NCBI RefSeq assembly: GCF_009914755.1
Contig: NC_060937.1
DNA: 64,000 nt
Strand: one strand, 5' to 3'
Origin: the human T2T-CHM13v2.0 reference genome, Homo sapiens
Shown piece by piece: positions 15,781-29,065 of the stretch (its first letter is position 1; each line of letters begins with the position of its first letter). The position numbers and the translations under genes were made by a program. The notes below the pieces were generated by a model. The model did no database searches. It saw nothing but the letters and a program-made list of their open reading frames with translations, and was not told the origin of the DNA.

Positions 15781-18700
15781 TCAGTAGATGGACCAGGAAA
15801 ATCTTCACAAAGTAAATGGTATTACATGTAGGCCATGAATGATTAACAGGGGACAAAACTGGAATGCATTCCTTTCCTCTCTTCTCTATGAAGAGCTATT
15901 TTCCAAATATAAATATATGCATTTGTATACATACAGAGAAAGAAGCAAACTATGGCTCTGAATAAGTTTTCCATACAGTGTAGAAGAAAATTTGACTAAA
16001 ATATAGATGAATCCAAAAGCTTTAGGCATTTGCAGTTTTATTTTCTGGAAGACAACTGGAGAATAGGAACACTTGTTTCAAAAATTATCACACATAACCA
16101 ATCTTCACAAGGAAGCAGAATCGTAAGGACTCAAATTTGGAAAGAAAAATTGATAGATTTGACTTCTACTGCTACCCATACCTTGTGTACAATGGGATTT
16201 TTGATAGTTTGTTTAAATATATACATTTATTATTAATGCATAGTTGAATTAAAAACTACTATGTTTAACACTAACTTGTTTCTAGCAACTTTTCTGTGTG
16301 TTAGAAAAAAAGGGGGGGGGCTATTATCCTTTATACCTCCTTTTAGAACCTTTTAGAAAGGAGAGAGGCAAAACATGTGGAAAGAACTTGCCCTTAGTAA
16401 TCAATCTTTCCAGGCTCATAACTGGCCACTAACTAACTTGTAACACCACCACTCCCTCTTGCGGGCCAGCAACACCATCATCAACATCTACATAACTATG
16501 CCCTAAGCTAGGGGTATTTCAATATTGTACCAATGCTTCCTTTGCCCCTACCACTCCTACTGCTGGATTGGCCCTCACCTTCCTCCCTGCTTTCAAAAAT
16601 CATATACTCATGCTTCAAAACAACTCAAATGTTTCTTTGAAGATTTTCCAAAAAATCCACACCTCAAATCTCATCTCCTGCCCTTGTCTCCAGTCACACT
16701 AAACTTCTGATGGATCCTAGATCACAGATTCTTTCCAATCTGAGGACCTTCCATGACTATCCTCTCTAAACACACCCCTCATCATACCTTGCTCATTTAC
16801 TTTCATAGCACATTCAAAAACTACAGTCATTTTTGTTGGCCTATTTATTTTCTGTCTTCTCCATTAGATTATATACTATAGGAAAGCAAGAAGTTATCTG
16901 CTCAGCACTGTATCCCAGGAGCTAGGACAGTACCTTTCATGGGAGAGGCATCCAATGTTATTTGCTGCTTGGCTGAATAACTGTTCAGCTGGCTGCATGA
17001 TTTGCCATGATGGACCCAGTAACCAAAACGAGAGCCCTGCTTACTGATAGCAGATAGCTGCAATCCTAGGCATAGTACTAAGTAGCAGCTAGCCTTGAGG
17101 GAATATGACTTGTATATCCAATTTCACTTGCTGACAGAAAAAAAAAAAAGCCACACTAGCACTAAGACTTAAGCACTTAATACAATAGGAATCACAGAGC
17201 TCTGAGAAGAAATAGTCCTTAAGCACAAAGCTGCTGGGCTAGGAAATAGGGAGGCCCTCTTCCACAGAGGAATATTGACATGAGAACCAGGGTCAAGAGG
17301 TACAGGTGAGTATTTCTGTCCTGTTTCCTTCATGACTCAAGGTTAATTTACAAGTATTTTCCATAACAATTATAATTTTACCAAAAAAAGATTAAAAATC
17401 TATGAATTAAAATTTAAATGAAAGCTTCACATATTAAAAATATGCTTACGAAGAAAAAATGAAGACGAACACTCTGGCTTATTACTGAAAGCTTATACAT
17501 TAAGTAGGCAGTGAGTTACAGAGAGCTGTCTCCATAGTGGACATAAAAAATAAGAAAATATTTCTCAATGATCAACAAATAACCCAAATATGTCAAATGA
17601 TATCTCTACTGGCAACACTTTTATGGCTTCCATACTTAGCGCTCAGATTTTTTTCATCTATTAAATGAGAAAATGATAGCTATGATCTAGTAACTTTACA
17701 ATCCTATGATGATTGAACAATCTTCCACTTTTTTGTACTTCTGTTACATGTTGCAAAGCATTGTGTTCCTATTATATTGTCCTTTCAGCTAAAATGGTTA
17801 AGTAAAAACAAATATTTGCACAACATTTTACAGTTTACAAAGCACAGAATCCAGTTTGGATACAATGCACCAAGTTCAAGATTATTAATGATGGGGAAAG
17901 TGATGAGAGAAAAAAACCTCCCGAACACTACCTGATACCATTCTTTACATTGTTCATTTCTTCCAAAAAAAGAGAAGTATTTGAAGTTTATGCTCAATAG
18001 ATAGCATATGAAACACAATGTTCACAACAATAAATTTTAAAAGTTCCTAAAGAGTATATAGACAGCTAATTTGAAGTAGCACACAAATAAACAAATGCTA
18101 AAAAAGCACTTGAGTCATTTAAAATACATGCAAACACACAAAGAGAAACAAACATGTTGCTGATGAGTACTGGCCCATGCTTACCTACTTAGACAGCTAT
18201 TGTGTACAATATTTTAATTCAATCATACTTAAAATTGCAAAGTTATTCTTCTAAAAATGTAAGTACATAACGGATATGTTATTTTTTTTAACTATACCAC
18301 CACTGCCAGGCACAACTTTAAAATAAAATGTAATACAAAAATGAGAACATTTGAAAATCTGGTACGATAAGGGAAAAAAACTCTTAAGATAAAATGGATG
18401 CTGAAGTGTTGAGTTGCACCCAGGGGTCAACAACATTGTGTCTATTATTCAGCTGAAACACAGAATTTGCCTTTAGATACCATTTTAATGTTAAATCAAG
18501 AACTGTCAATCAGCACCATTTGTTTGTAATCCCTCATCAGAACCCATTGCCTCAGTCTGAACATTCATAGGAAAGAATGCAGAGGGCATATCTGCAACCA
18601 CTTAACCTTCATCAACCAACATTCATGCATGCTCATTAACATTTTTTTCATCCCACTTTCGAGCATGACACAGCTCATACCGGAATAATAACTCGCTGAT

Positions 18701-19102
18701 AATTGTTCTAGACAACAGCTGGACAGGCAGAGTGCAGAGGTGAACATTCTCATAGATTATGGGGTACTGTAATGCATTACAATTAGTAAAAGAGTCACAT
18801 GTTCGTGTTGAATAGCTTTCAACAGAAGTGAAGGAAATGTCATTATCACAAACAGCAATCTCCTCTAACTTTAACTCTGCATGGTCCACCGCCTGATTCT
18901 CTTAACGCTTTCCTATTTTGAAATAAACCAATGAAAAACATTGACCCTGTTACTGTACTATTTCATGAAAAGAAGTAATATTTTTGATGTGTTACAATCA
19001 GACACGATCTAAATTTGTGATTTAATTTAAAGACAGAAAAGCAGGAGGAGGGAGAGGAGGAGGAAGAGAAGAGTTTCACATCTTACTAATAACAATTGTT
19101 TT

Positions 19103-19270
19103 GAGCATGATGGTGTACACCTGTAGACCCAGCTACTCAGGAGGCTGAGGTGGGAGGATCATCACTTGAGCCCCGGATGCGGAGGATGCAGTGAACTGAG
19201 ATCATGCCACTGCACTCCAGCCTGGGCAACAGAGCAAGACTCTGTATTTAAAAAAAAAAAACAAACAAAC
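19103..19270 (+). mobile_element. Free right Alu monomer (FRAM or truncated AluJ)
   Basis: Single right arm with A tail. Flanking TSD ACAATTGTTTTG / ACAATCGTTTTG. Confidence 0.85.
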
Positions 19271-19963
19271 CACAATCGTTTTGCATGAAGTCCCATAAAA
19301 TCATTATTTATTATTTTTGCTTTAAACTGTCAATTCAGAAAAATAAATTAATATCACTGAAGAAATCTGGAATATCAATAAAAAAGGAGTCCTACATAGG
19401 GAAGGGAATTTAGAATCCAGTCCAACATCCTATTCATAACAGCTTTGATAGCTACTTCTTTGCCATAATGCAATAAAAATAAAATGGAATTAATATGATA
19501 ATGATAATACTAGTTGCCATTTTTAGAGTAATGTGAGTCAGGTATCATACCAGGCACTCAACAGACACAGTCTCTTAATAATCCTAAAAGTAGTATTAAC
19601 TCTCTTTTTCAGATGAGAAAATTAAAGCTAATCTGAAAGAGACTGAAAATTCATCCCAAGTCAAAACATTATGGAGACAGGATTCCAACCAGGTAGTCTG
19701 ATTCCAAAGCCGATGCTTTTCACCTGGCTTCATGGTTAATTTCCACATTAGAATCTTGTTTATTTTCCATTATTTCATCCCAATTCCTTGGCTGTACAAT
19801 TCTTTGACTCTGTAGAATTAGACCTATTTCTAGAAGGTCTTTATTCCAAGACATAGCATTTATACTTCCACATTTTCTACTCTCCTTGTGTCCAAGAAAC
19901 CTGCTCTTAACACTCAGATAATCTCTAGTCCCTGTACGTCTACCTAGTTTCCATTACACTTAG

Positions 19964-20304
<341 letters not shown>

Positions 20305-20341
20305 TAATGTGGTTCTTTCTACACCCTTTCTCTGCCTTGCT

Positions 20342-20843
20342 TGACATAAAAAGAAAGAAGGAAGGAAGGAAGGAAGGAAGGAAGGAAGGAAGGAAGGAAG
20401 GAAGGAAGGAAGGAAACTTCAACAAATTTCATTTAAAGATCTAATTTAAAGATCTTATACATGATTCATTAATCAGGTAGCATCTCATCTAAAAATGTAG
20501 AAAAGTGCCACAATAAACTGAGCAGAGATGGTTGATTTTATAGCTAGAGAAGGGGTAAAGAAAGCAGGAAGAAGGAACAAAAAACAGACTGGTCATTTTT
20601 GAGTTACTTTCTTTATAGGGTTAAAACAGGGGACTTCCTTATCATATAGGCTCAGGTAAAATAGGCCCCTTCTGATTGGCTGCTGCGAATCTCCTATTTT
20701 TCAGAAAACTGGCACATGTTAAAGTTCAATTTGATTAAATGGCACCTAGCACAAGTGACTCCATTCTGGTTTGATCTGGCATGTTAAGGCCAAGTGCAAC
20801 AGCTTAGTAAAAGACAATGGCCTCCCATGAATTTTGTTTAGCA
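20342..20843 (-). mobile_element. ERV1 solo LTR, MER31-like, with a (GGAA)n expansion near its 3' end
   Basis: Reverse complement begins TGCTAAACAAAATTCATGGGAGGCCATTG...AGAATGGAGTCAC, matching the recalled MER31 consensus. Confidence 0.7.
20360..20415 (+). repeat. (GGAA)14 microsatellite
   Basis: 14 uninterrupted GGAA units counted. Confidence 0.97.
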
Positions 20844-21018
20844 ACATTTAGTCACAAATATCTGGGAGAGGGGAATCAAGAAACCTAATAGATATAACAG
20901 TCTATATCTCTAGTCCTACTTGTGATTGGTGCTCCTTGTTGAAGGAAATCACATCACCTGCAATGGGATCTACTATAATTTAATAATATAATCTGAAATA
21001 AAACCTCAGTAATATAAC

Positions 21019-21240
21019 CAGGGTCAGCAAACTATAGCCCCATGGGCCAAGACCAGTTTGCTACCTGTTTTAATAAATGAAGTATAAGAGGAACACATAT
21101 ATGACCATTAGTTTATATAGAGTCTGTGGCTGCTTTCACACTGCAATAGCACAGCTGAGTAGCTGTGACAGAGACCATATGACCTACAAAAACAAAAATA
21201 TTTACTATTCAGTCTTGTATAGAAAAATGTGGCCAACTTA
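21019..21240. mobile_element. MER58A-like hAT MITE
   Basis: CAGGGTCAGCAAACTATAGCCC...GTAGCTGTGACAGAGACCATATG. Confidence 0.8.
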
Positions 21241-22607
21241 TAATCTGTAGTGGAGATCCATAACAGTATCTTGAGTCAAGCAGATAACAATAAAACCTAT
21301 TTATCTTTAGCCTAAAATCTACAGACACCAGCTTGATTCACTCTATAATCCTAAATCATCCCATGCTCTGCTTTCTTCCCAAAATCTACCAGCTAATGAT
21401 TGTCTAAACCTCGTGGATCACACTTCCTCAAAGAGCTTTTATAGCTAATGTACTCCCATGGAAGTAACCTAGATTCATAAATTCATCACCAATGCCCTTG
21501 GTAATAAAAGTAGTCTCTTAATTGACATTCCAGTTTCTGGACTTTACCTACTGCAACACAGAGCTGTGTGATACTAAGGTGTCATGCTAAAACATAGATT
21601 ATAATATGTTATGTCTCCATTTAAAACTTTGTGACAATATAATATTTTAATTTATTTATAAACGTGACAGAAGAAAATATAAATGCCTAGATTTTGCATA
21701 TAAACCTCCCTAATGTAAACACAACTCTTTCTAGGTTCATCTTCCAGTGACATTGTCCCATATATATCTTCTCATTCTCAAACACAGAGCAGTATATTTC
21801 ACTGCTGATCTTTAGCTCCCAAGCCTACGTGTTTCCCCAAACACCCCAGCAGCACATGTTTCAGTGCCTTTGTTCACACTCTTGACTTCCTCTCCTTATT
21901 TGTACGTTCACTCATCCATCCAACAAGCTTATTAAGCAATGATAAACATCAGACACTGCCCTGAGTAAAAGGAGTAGAGTAGGCAGAAGACATAGTTCCT
22001 AACCACTCACACAACTAAGAATTTTAGTAGAATTACAAACCAGAGCTATGAATGAAAAATAAAGGGCACTGTGGGGTTGAATCACAAAACCTATGCCAAT
22101 CTGAGAAGTCATAGAAATCATTTCCCAAAGGAGATGACACATAAGCCAAGAAATGAAGTATATGAGGTGGGCAAAGTGAAGCTATCTCCTTCATGATACT
22201 TTTCTAATTATCCCAATTAAAATCAACAGGTTTTTAAATATACTTAATAGCTGTGATATAATGACTAAATGTAATACTATACGATCAGTCAAGATATGAA
22301 GGCTATTTAATAGCATGAGAAATATGTGGAAATAACTATATATATATATTGTTATTTACTCTAGCAGTATAAACACTGCTAGAAAACAAAAGTTTTGAAA
22401 AGCTTAAAGGAAATTTAAATTCTACGATGAAATTGAATAGTGTAGTGGAGTTTAGGGTGGTATTTTTTTCTTTCATCAATTTTCTAAATTTTCTGTAACA
22501 TAATTATTCTATAATGAATAAATTATGGCAGCTTAGGTAAACAAGCTTTATATAATCTTAATGAAATACATAAGTAATGTTTTATGTGTACTTAACTATT
22601 AAGACAC

Positions 22608-22973
22608 TGATGAGGTTTGGTTGCATCCCCAACCAAATCTCCTATTGTAGTTCCCATAATCCTCATATGTTGTGGTTGGGACCCAGTGGGAGGTAACTGA
22701 ATCATGGGGGCAGTTACCCTCATGCTGTTCTTGTGATAGTGAGTGAATTCTCACAAGGTCTGATGGTTTTATAAAAGGCATTTTCCCCACTTCGCTCAGC
22801 ACTTCTTCCTGACATCATGTGAAGGACGTGTTTGCTTCCCCTTCTGCTATGATTGTAAGTTTCCTGAGACCTCCCAGGCCATGCTGAACTGTGAGTCAAT
22901 TAAACCACTTTCCTTTGTAAATTACCCTGTCTCAGGTATGTCTTTATTAGCAGCGTGAGAATGAACTAATACA
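22608..22973 (+). mobile_element. Solo THE1 (THE1D-like) MaLR LTR
   Basis: TGATGAGGTTTGG...CTAATACA termini; 5-bp TSD GACAC/GACAT. Confidence 0.88.
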
Positions 22974-23254
22974 GACATACATAATACTGTATACTGTATT
23001 ACCTATAACACATATATCTTTCATGTAAAATTGCAAGCTTCTCAGTCATATTTATGAATCTTCTGCCATCATTCACTCAATAAACTTCATAATTAAATAC
23101 TATTTTGATCTTCATATTTCCCTACTTAAAGACTTTATTAGTTTCTATAATAGGCATTAATATACTTGATTTTCTGTTATGTCCCATCAAACTTTTATAA
23201 AAGCATCACTTTCAGTAAAATTTTGAGGTTTTTAAAGCTTAAAATCAACACCTA

Positions 23255-23900
23255 TAAAAAATTAAAAATAACAAGTGTGGGCAAGGATGTGGAGAAATTA
23301 CAACTCTTATACATTGCTAATAGGAATGTAAAATGATTCAGCTACTGTGGAAACAGCTTAGCAGTTCCTCAAATAGCTAAACATAGAATTACCAAATAAT
23401 ACAGCAATTCCAATCCAAAGTATTTATCCAAAAGAATTGAAAACAGGTATTCAAATACATGTACACCAATGTTCACAGCAACACTATCCACAATAGCCAA
23501 AAGGCAGAATCACCCTAAATATCCACCAGTGAATGAATGGATAAATCATGGTATAAAACTACAATGGAATATTATTCAACCATTAAAAGAAACATAGCAC
23601 TGACACATGCTACAATGCATACTCAAAAATATTATGTAAAGTGAAAGCCAGATACGGTAAGTCACATATTGTGTGATTCCACTGATATGAAACATCCAGA
23701 ACACATAAATTTATAGGCAGAAAACAGATTGGTGATTGCCAGGGGCTAGAGGAAGTGAATAATGGGGAGAGACTGCTTAAGGGGTCCAGGGTTTTACTTT
23801 GGAATGATGAAAATGTTTTAGAACTAGATAGAGGCCGTACTAAAAGCCACAATTATTCATAGTTAATTTTATGTGATATTAAGTTTTATCACAATTTAAC
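23255..23900 (+). mobile_element. L1MB-type LINE 3' end
   Basis: GCAAGGATGTGGAGAAA, CAGCAATTCCA, GATTGCCAGGGGCT and GTTTTAGAACTAGATAG motifs. Confidence 0.8.
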
Positions 23901-24351
23901 AAAAATCAACACCAAACAAAGGAGCAATTTTCAGGAAAAATACCTACAAAATGTGTTAGAGTATGTTTGCTATTAATTGCTCCTGGTTTGTAGACACCAA
24001 TCAGGGTGCATCCAACAACAACACAGAATTTACCTATAATTTTTACTTTCCTCCTTCTTACTTTTTGCTGCTAAAACAGAAGGAAAAAAAAGGTGAATCA
24101 TTTTAGCATCTAGGTCCTGAACCTATTCCACTCCCAACCACCTTCATTATTCTCTGAATTTTTTTAACCTAATTTACAAGAGTCTGCTATTCACTCAGAG
24201 CTAAAGTCATCAGAGGCAGAGTTAATTGGAATCTAGATCATTTAAATATTTCTACTCCCCTTCCAAAATTTCCATTTGCTTAAAATGAAAAAAGACAGTT
24301 TGCTTGAGGAGGCTGAAATTATTGCATTTCTGCTTTAAAGAAATGAAAAAG

Positions 24352-24840
24352 CATTCATTTATCCAGCAAACATTCAATGCCCATATGTGCCAAGCATTCT
24401 TCTAGGTGCTTGTGATACATCAGTAAATGAAACAAAGAGCTCTTTAGTAAAGGAGCTTAAATTCCAGTGGGAGTAGGGAGAGAATAAGACAACATACCGA
24501 ATATATAAGTAGCTAACAGTATGTTAGAAGGAGATAAATGACATGAAAACTACAACACAGTAGAGAAAATGGGGATGGCGTGAGGACAAAGGAAAACATG
24601 GCAGGATTAATTTGGGAGTTGAGCATGGGAACCTCATTGAGAAAGCGACATTTGAGTTAAGACTTGAAGGTGGTAAGGGGCTCATGGAGCACATATCTGG
24701 AGCATGAATGTTCCTGGCAGGGAAAAGCCCATGGCAGGAGTATACCTGGCATATCTGGGGTACATCATGAAGGTTGCCCAGTATGGTAGAAGTGAAAGAA
24801 TTGAAAGAGAGGTAATAGGAAATGAAGTTGGCAAGCCAAG
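24352..24840 (-). mobile_element. L2 LINE 3' fragment; further L2 relics near 1.7-3.2, 16.6-17.0, 43.1-43.6, 49.5-49.7 and 51.9-52.2 kb
   Basis: CATTCATTTATCCAGCAAACATT...ATGTGCCAAGCA is the reverse-complemented L2 3' end. Confidence 0.65.
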
Positions 24841-26102
24841 GAGTGGGAGAATAAAATGTTTCCAGAAGCTTCAGCATTTTCCAGATACTGAGAAAAAAGG
24901 GCTCAACTGTTTGAAGGTAGAAAGAGAACTACATGGAATGTGGAGGACAGGGGCAGAATCCAGGTGGGCTCTCCAATGCCTGGTGAAAGACGTACTCTAA
25001 GTCAGTCAGCCACAGCTCCCAGAAGGAACCAATAGGAATTTTGGTAGGAGATAAAGAATGGGTAAGGATTACAAATTAAAACACTCAAGGATAAATGATG
25101 AGGACAAAAGGAAGGGGCAATGAAATGCAAAGCCAAATTTAGAGAAAAAGGAGACCAATGTTACTGGAGTAAACGATGTGTAGAGCAGAAAAGTAACAAG
25201 GAGAAAATAGCTAGATACACAAGTTAGACCTGATTGCAGAAGGCTACAAATGCCAGACTGAGAAGTCCCTTTTCTTTTTAATCTTTTCGTATGTGTGCAT
25301 ACAAAGTATATGATAAATGGGATATTCCTCAGGACCATAAATCTGAAGATAGTTTGCATTATTGTCTTTAAAAAAGAATATGAATAGAAAGAGCAATTTG
25401 GAAGCTATTTTTTTAAAGAGGTATTTGAAGAAAGTATGTAATAAATGAAAGGCTATCGCTGTTTCTAAGTGTCAAGAAACAAAATAAGGCAAAATAGGAG
25501 ATGTAACTGTGCTGTATAAGTAGTCAGGGTTCCTGACACCAAGGTCCATTCCATACCAATGCATAAGGTCCTTCAAGATGCACCTAGTATGCTCTCATGC
25601 CTTTCCCTCCCTCCTGTTCTCTAATGTCTGTGAACAGGATAGAGAGGAAAGAACAAAAGTTATGAAGTCAAAAAGTAAATTCTTGATTTTCAACTCCTTT
25701 CTAATAATGCAACCTTGACAGACAGAGTTTTAACTTTTGAGTCTCACCCTCTTACATTAAAATAAGGCAAAAGCCTAAATCACAAATGTGAGGACTGGGC
25801 ACCATCCCTGGGGTTATTATGCAAGGCACTCATTTTTCCTTTAACTTGTAAGTTACTTCCTTTATCTCATTCCCTTTTGCTTCTAACAGCTGCTCTGGCC
25901 TTATAACCCCAATATAATCAAAAATAATGATAAAATTTGGGTTATTATGGTTGTAGGACATGCTTATTCATCAAGAACACATTCACAAAACAACCGTCTT
26001 AATAACGGATACCTCAGAGATACAAAAGTGGACAGGGGATGACCACGTCAGGTGGTTAGTTGACTTCTCTGGATTCAACTCTCTTATTAAATAATATAGG
26101 TG

Positions 26103-26501
26103 TGTATTAGTCCATTCTCACACTGCTATAAAGAACTACCTGAGACTGGGTAATTTATAAAGGAAAGGGGTTTAATTGACTCATAGTTCCATAGGCTGTA
26201 GAGAGGGCATGACTGGGGAGGCCTGAGGAAATTTATAGTCACAGCAGAAGGACAAAGGGGAAGCCAGTACATCCTATATGACTGAAGCAGGAGGAAAAGG
26301 GAGTGAAGGGGAAGTAGCTACACACTTTTAAACAACCAGATCTCATGAGAACTCAATCATGAGGCAGCACTAAGGGGATGGTGCTGAACCATTAGAAACC
26401 ACCCACATGATCCAATCACCTCCCACTAGGTCCCATCTCCAACACCAGAAATTACAATTCAACATGAGATTTGGGTGGGGACATGGAGACAAACCATATC
26501 A
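26103..26501 (-). mobile_element. Solo MSTA-like MaLR LTR
   Basis: TGTATTAGTCC...AAACCATATCA; TSD AGGTG/AGGTA. Confidence 0.85.
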
Positions 26502-26682
26502 AGGTAATAACAAATGAAATAATCCAACGATTACTCAACTTTAGATTTTCTGGTTTATGGAATATTCTTTCATATATATATATACATGTATATATACACA
26601 CACACTTTTATATATATTTGTATTTGTATTTGTACATATGTATTTTTATATATGAAAAATTCTATTATAAAACTATTACTAC

Positions 26683-29065
26683 TGATATGCTTTGGCTGTG
26701 TCCCCACCAAAATCTCATCTTGAATTCTAGCTCCCATAATCCCATCATGGGAGGGACCCAGTGGGAGGTAATCGAATCATGGGGGCGGGTTTCTCCTGTG
26801 CTGTTGTCATGATAGTGAATAAGTTTCATGAGAGCTGATATTTTTATAAAGGGCAGTTCCCCTGCACACGGTCTCCTGTCTGCCACCATGTAAGACGTGC
26901 CTTTACTCCTCCTTCACATTCCTACATGATTGTGAGGCCTTCCCAGCCATGTGGAACTGTAAGTTAATTAAACTTCTTTTTCTTTATGAATTACCCAGTC
27001 TCGGGTATATCTTTATTAGCAGCATGAGAAGCGACTAATACAGTAAATTGGCACTGCAGAGTGGGCGCTGCTGTAAAGATACCCAAAAATGTGGAAGCGA
27101 CTTTGGAACTGGATAACAGGCAGAGGTTGGAACAGTTTGGAGGGCTCAGAAGAAGACAGAAAAATGTGGGAAAGTTTGGACCTTCCTAGAGACTTGGAGG
27201 GCTCAGAAGACAGGAAGATGTGGGAAAGTTCGGAACTTCCTAGAGACTTGTTGAATGGTTTTAACCAAAATGCTGACAGTAATATTGACAATAAACTCCA
27301 GGCTGAGGTGGTCTCACATGGAAATGAGGAACTTGTTGAGAACTAGAATAAAGGTGACTCCTGCTATGTTTTATCAAAGAGACTGGCAGCATTTTGCCCT
27401 TGCCCTAGAGTTCTGTGGAACTTTGAAAATGAGAGAGATGATTTAGAGTATCTGGTGGAAGAAATTTCCAAGCAGCAAAGCATTCAAGATGTGACTTGGG
27501 TGCTGTTAAAAGCATTCAGTTTTATTCATTCAGAAGATATGGTTTCAAATTGGAACTTATGTTTAAAAGGGAAGTAGAGCATAGAAGTTCAAAAAATTTG
27601 CAGCCTGATGATACAATAGAAAAGAAAACTCATTTTCTGAGGAGAAATTCAAATCAGCTGCAGAAATTTGCATAAGTAATGAGGAGCCAAATGTTAATCA
27701 CCAAGCCAATGGGGAAAATGTCTCCAAGGCATGTCAGAGGTCTTCATAGCAGCCACTCCCATCATAGGCCCGGAGACCTAGAAGGGAAAAATGATTTCGT
27801 AGGCGGGCCAGGGCCTTGCTGCTTTATGCAGTCTCGGGACTTGGTGCCCTGTGTCCCAGCTGTAGCTAAAGGGGCAAAGGTACAGCTCAGGCTGTTGCAT
27901 CAGAGGGTGCAAGCCCCAAGCCTTGGCGGCTTACACATGGTGTCAGGACTGTGGGTGCAAATAAGTCAAGAACTGAGGTTTGGGAACCTCCACCTAGATT
28001 TCAGAGGATGTATGGAAATGCCAGGATGCCCAGGCAGAGGCATGCTGCAGGGGCAAAGCCCTCATGGAGAGCCTCTGCTAGGGCAGTGTGGAAGGGAAAT
28101 GTGGAGTGGGAGCCCCCACACAAAGTCCCCACTAGGGCACTGCTGGGTGGAGCTGTGAGAAGGCAGCCACTGTCCTCCAGTCCCCAGAATGGTAGATCCA
28201 CTGACAGCTTGCACCATGCACCAGGAAAACCCACAGACACTCGACACCACCCCATGAAAGCAGCCAGGAGTAGAGATGTACCCTGCAAGACCACAGAGGC
28301 AGAGCTGCCCAAGACCATGGGAACACACCTCTTGCATTAGTGTGACCTAGATGTGAGACATGGAGTCAAAGGAGATAATTTTGGAGCTTTAAGATTTGAC
28401 TGCCCAGCTGGATTTCAGATTTGCACGGGGCCTGTAGACCCTTTGATTTGGCCAATTTCTCCCATTTGGAATGGGTGTATTTACCCGATGCATGTACCCC
28501 CATTGTATCTAGGAAGTAACTAACTTGCTTTTGATTTTACAGGCTCATAGGTGGAAGGAACTTGCCTTGTCTCAGATGAGATTTTGGACTGTGAACTTTT
28601 GAGTTAATGCTGAAATGAGTTAAGACTTTGGGAGACTGTTGGGAAGACATGATTGGTTTTGAAATGTGAGGACGTGATATTTGGGAGGGACCAGGGGTGG
28701 AATGATATGGTTTGGCTGTATCTCCACCCAAATCTTATCTTGAATTGTAACTCTCATAATCCCCACGTGTTGTGGGAGGGACCCAGTGAGAGGTAATTTA
28801 ATCATGGGGGTGGGTTTTTCCCATGCTGTTCTCATAATAGTGAATAAGTCTCACAAGATCTGATGGTTTTATAAAGATCAGTTCCCCTTCACATGCTCTC
28901 TTGCCTGCCACCATGTAAGATGGGCTTTTGCTCCTCCTTTGCCTGTGCCATGATTGTGGGTCCTCCCCAGCCATGTGGAACTCTGAGGCCATTAAACCTC
29001 TTTTTCTTTATAAATACCCAGTCTCAGGTATGTCTTTATTAGCAGCATGAGAACAGACAATTACA
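26683..29065 (+). mobile_element. Full-length THE1 (THE1C-like) MaLR: 5' LTR 26683-27042, internal 27043-28702, 3' LTR 28703-29065
   Basis: Two TG...CA LTRs. The internal region starts GTAAATTGG and a purine-rich tract precedes the 3' LTR. Confidence 0.92.

Noticed and set aside
18565-18889. ORFs of 62 and 88 aa as a retrocopy or small gene
   Set aside because: No recognisable protein, poly(A) tail or TSD. The region is treated as a candidate non-coding element instead.
27139-27250. Tandem duplication of about 55 bp in THE1-int
   Set aside because: I recall this as shared by THE1 internal copies, so it is probably inherited from the source element (unverified).
27016-28992. Cluster of overlapping ORFs of 60-159 aa
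   Set aside because: All lie within the THE1 element and are decayed MaLR sequence.
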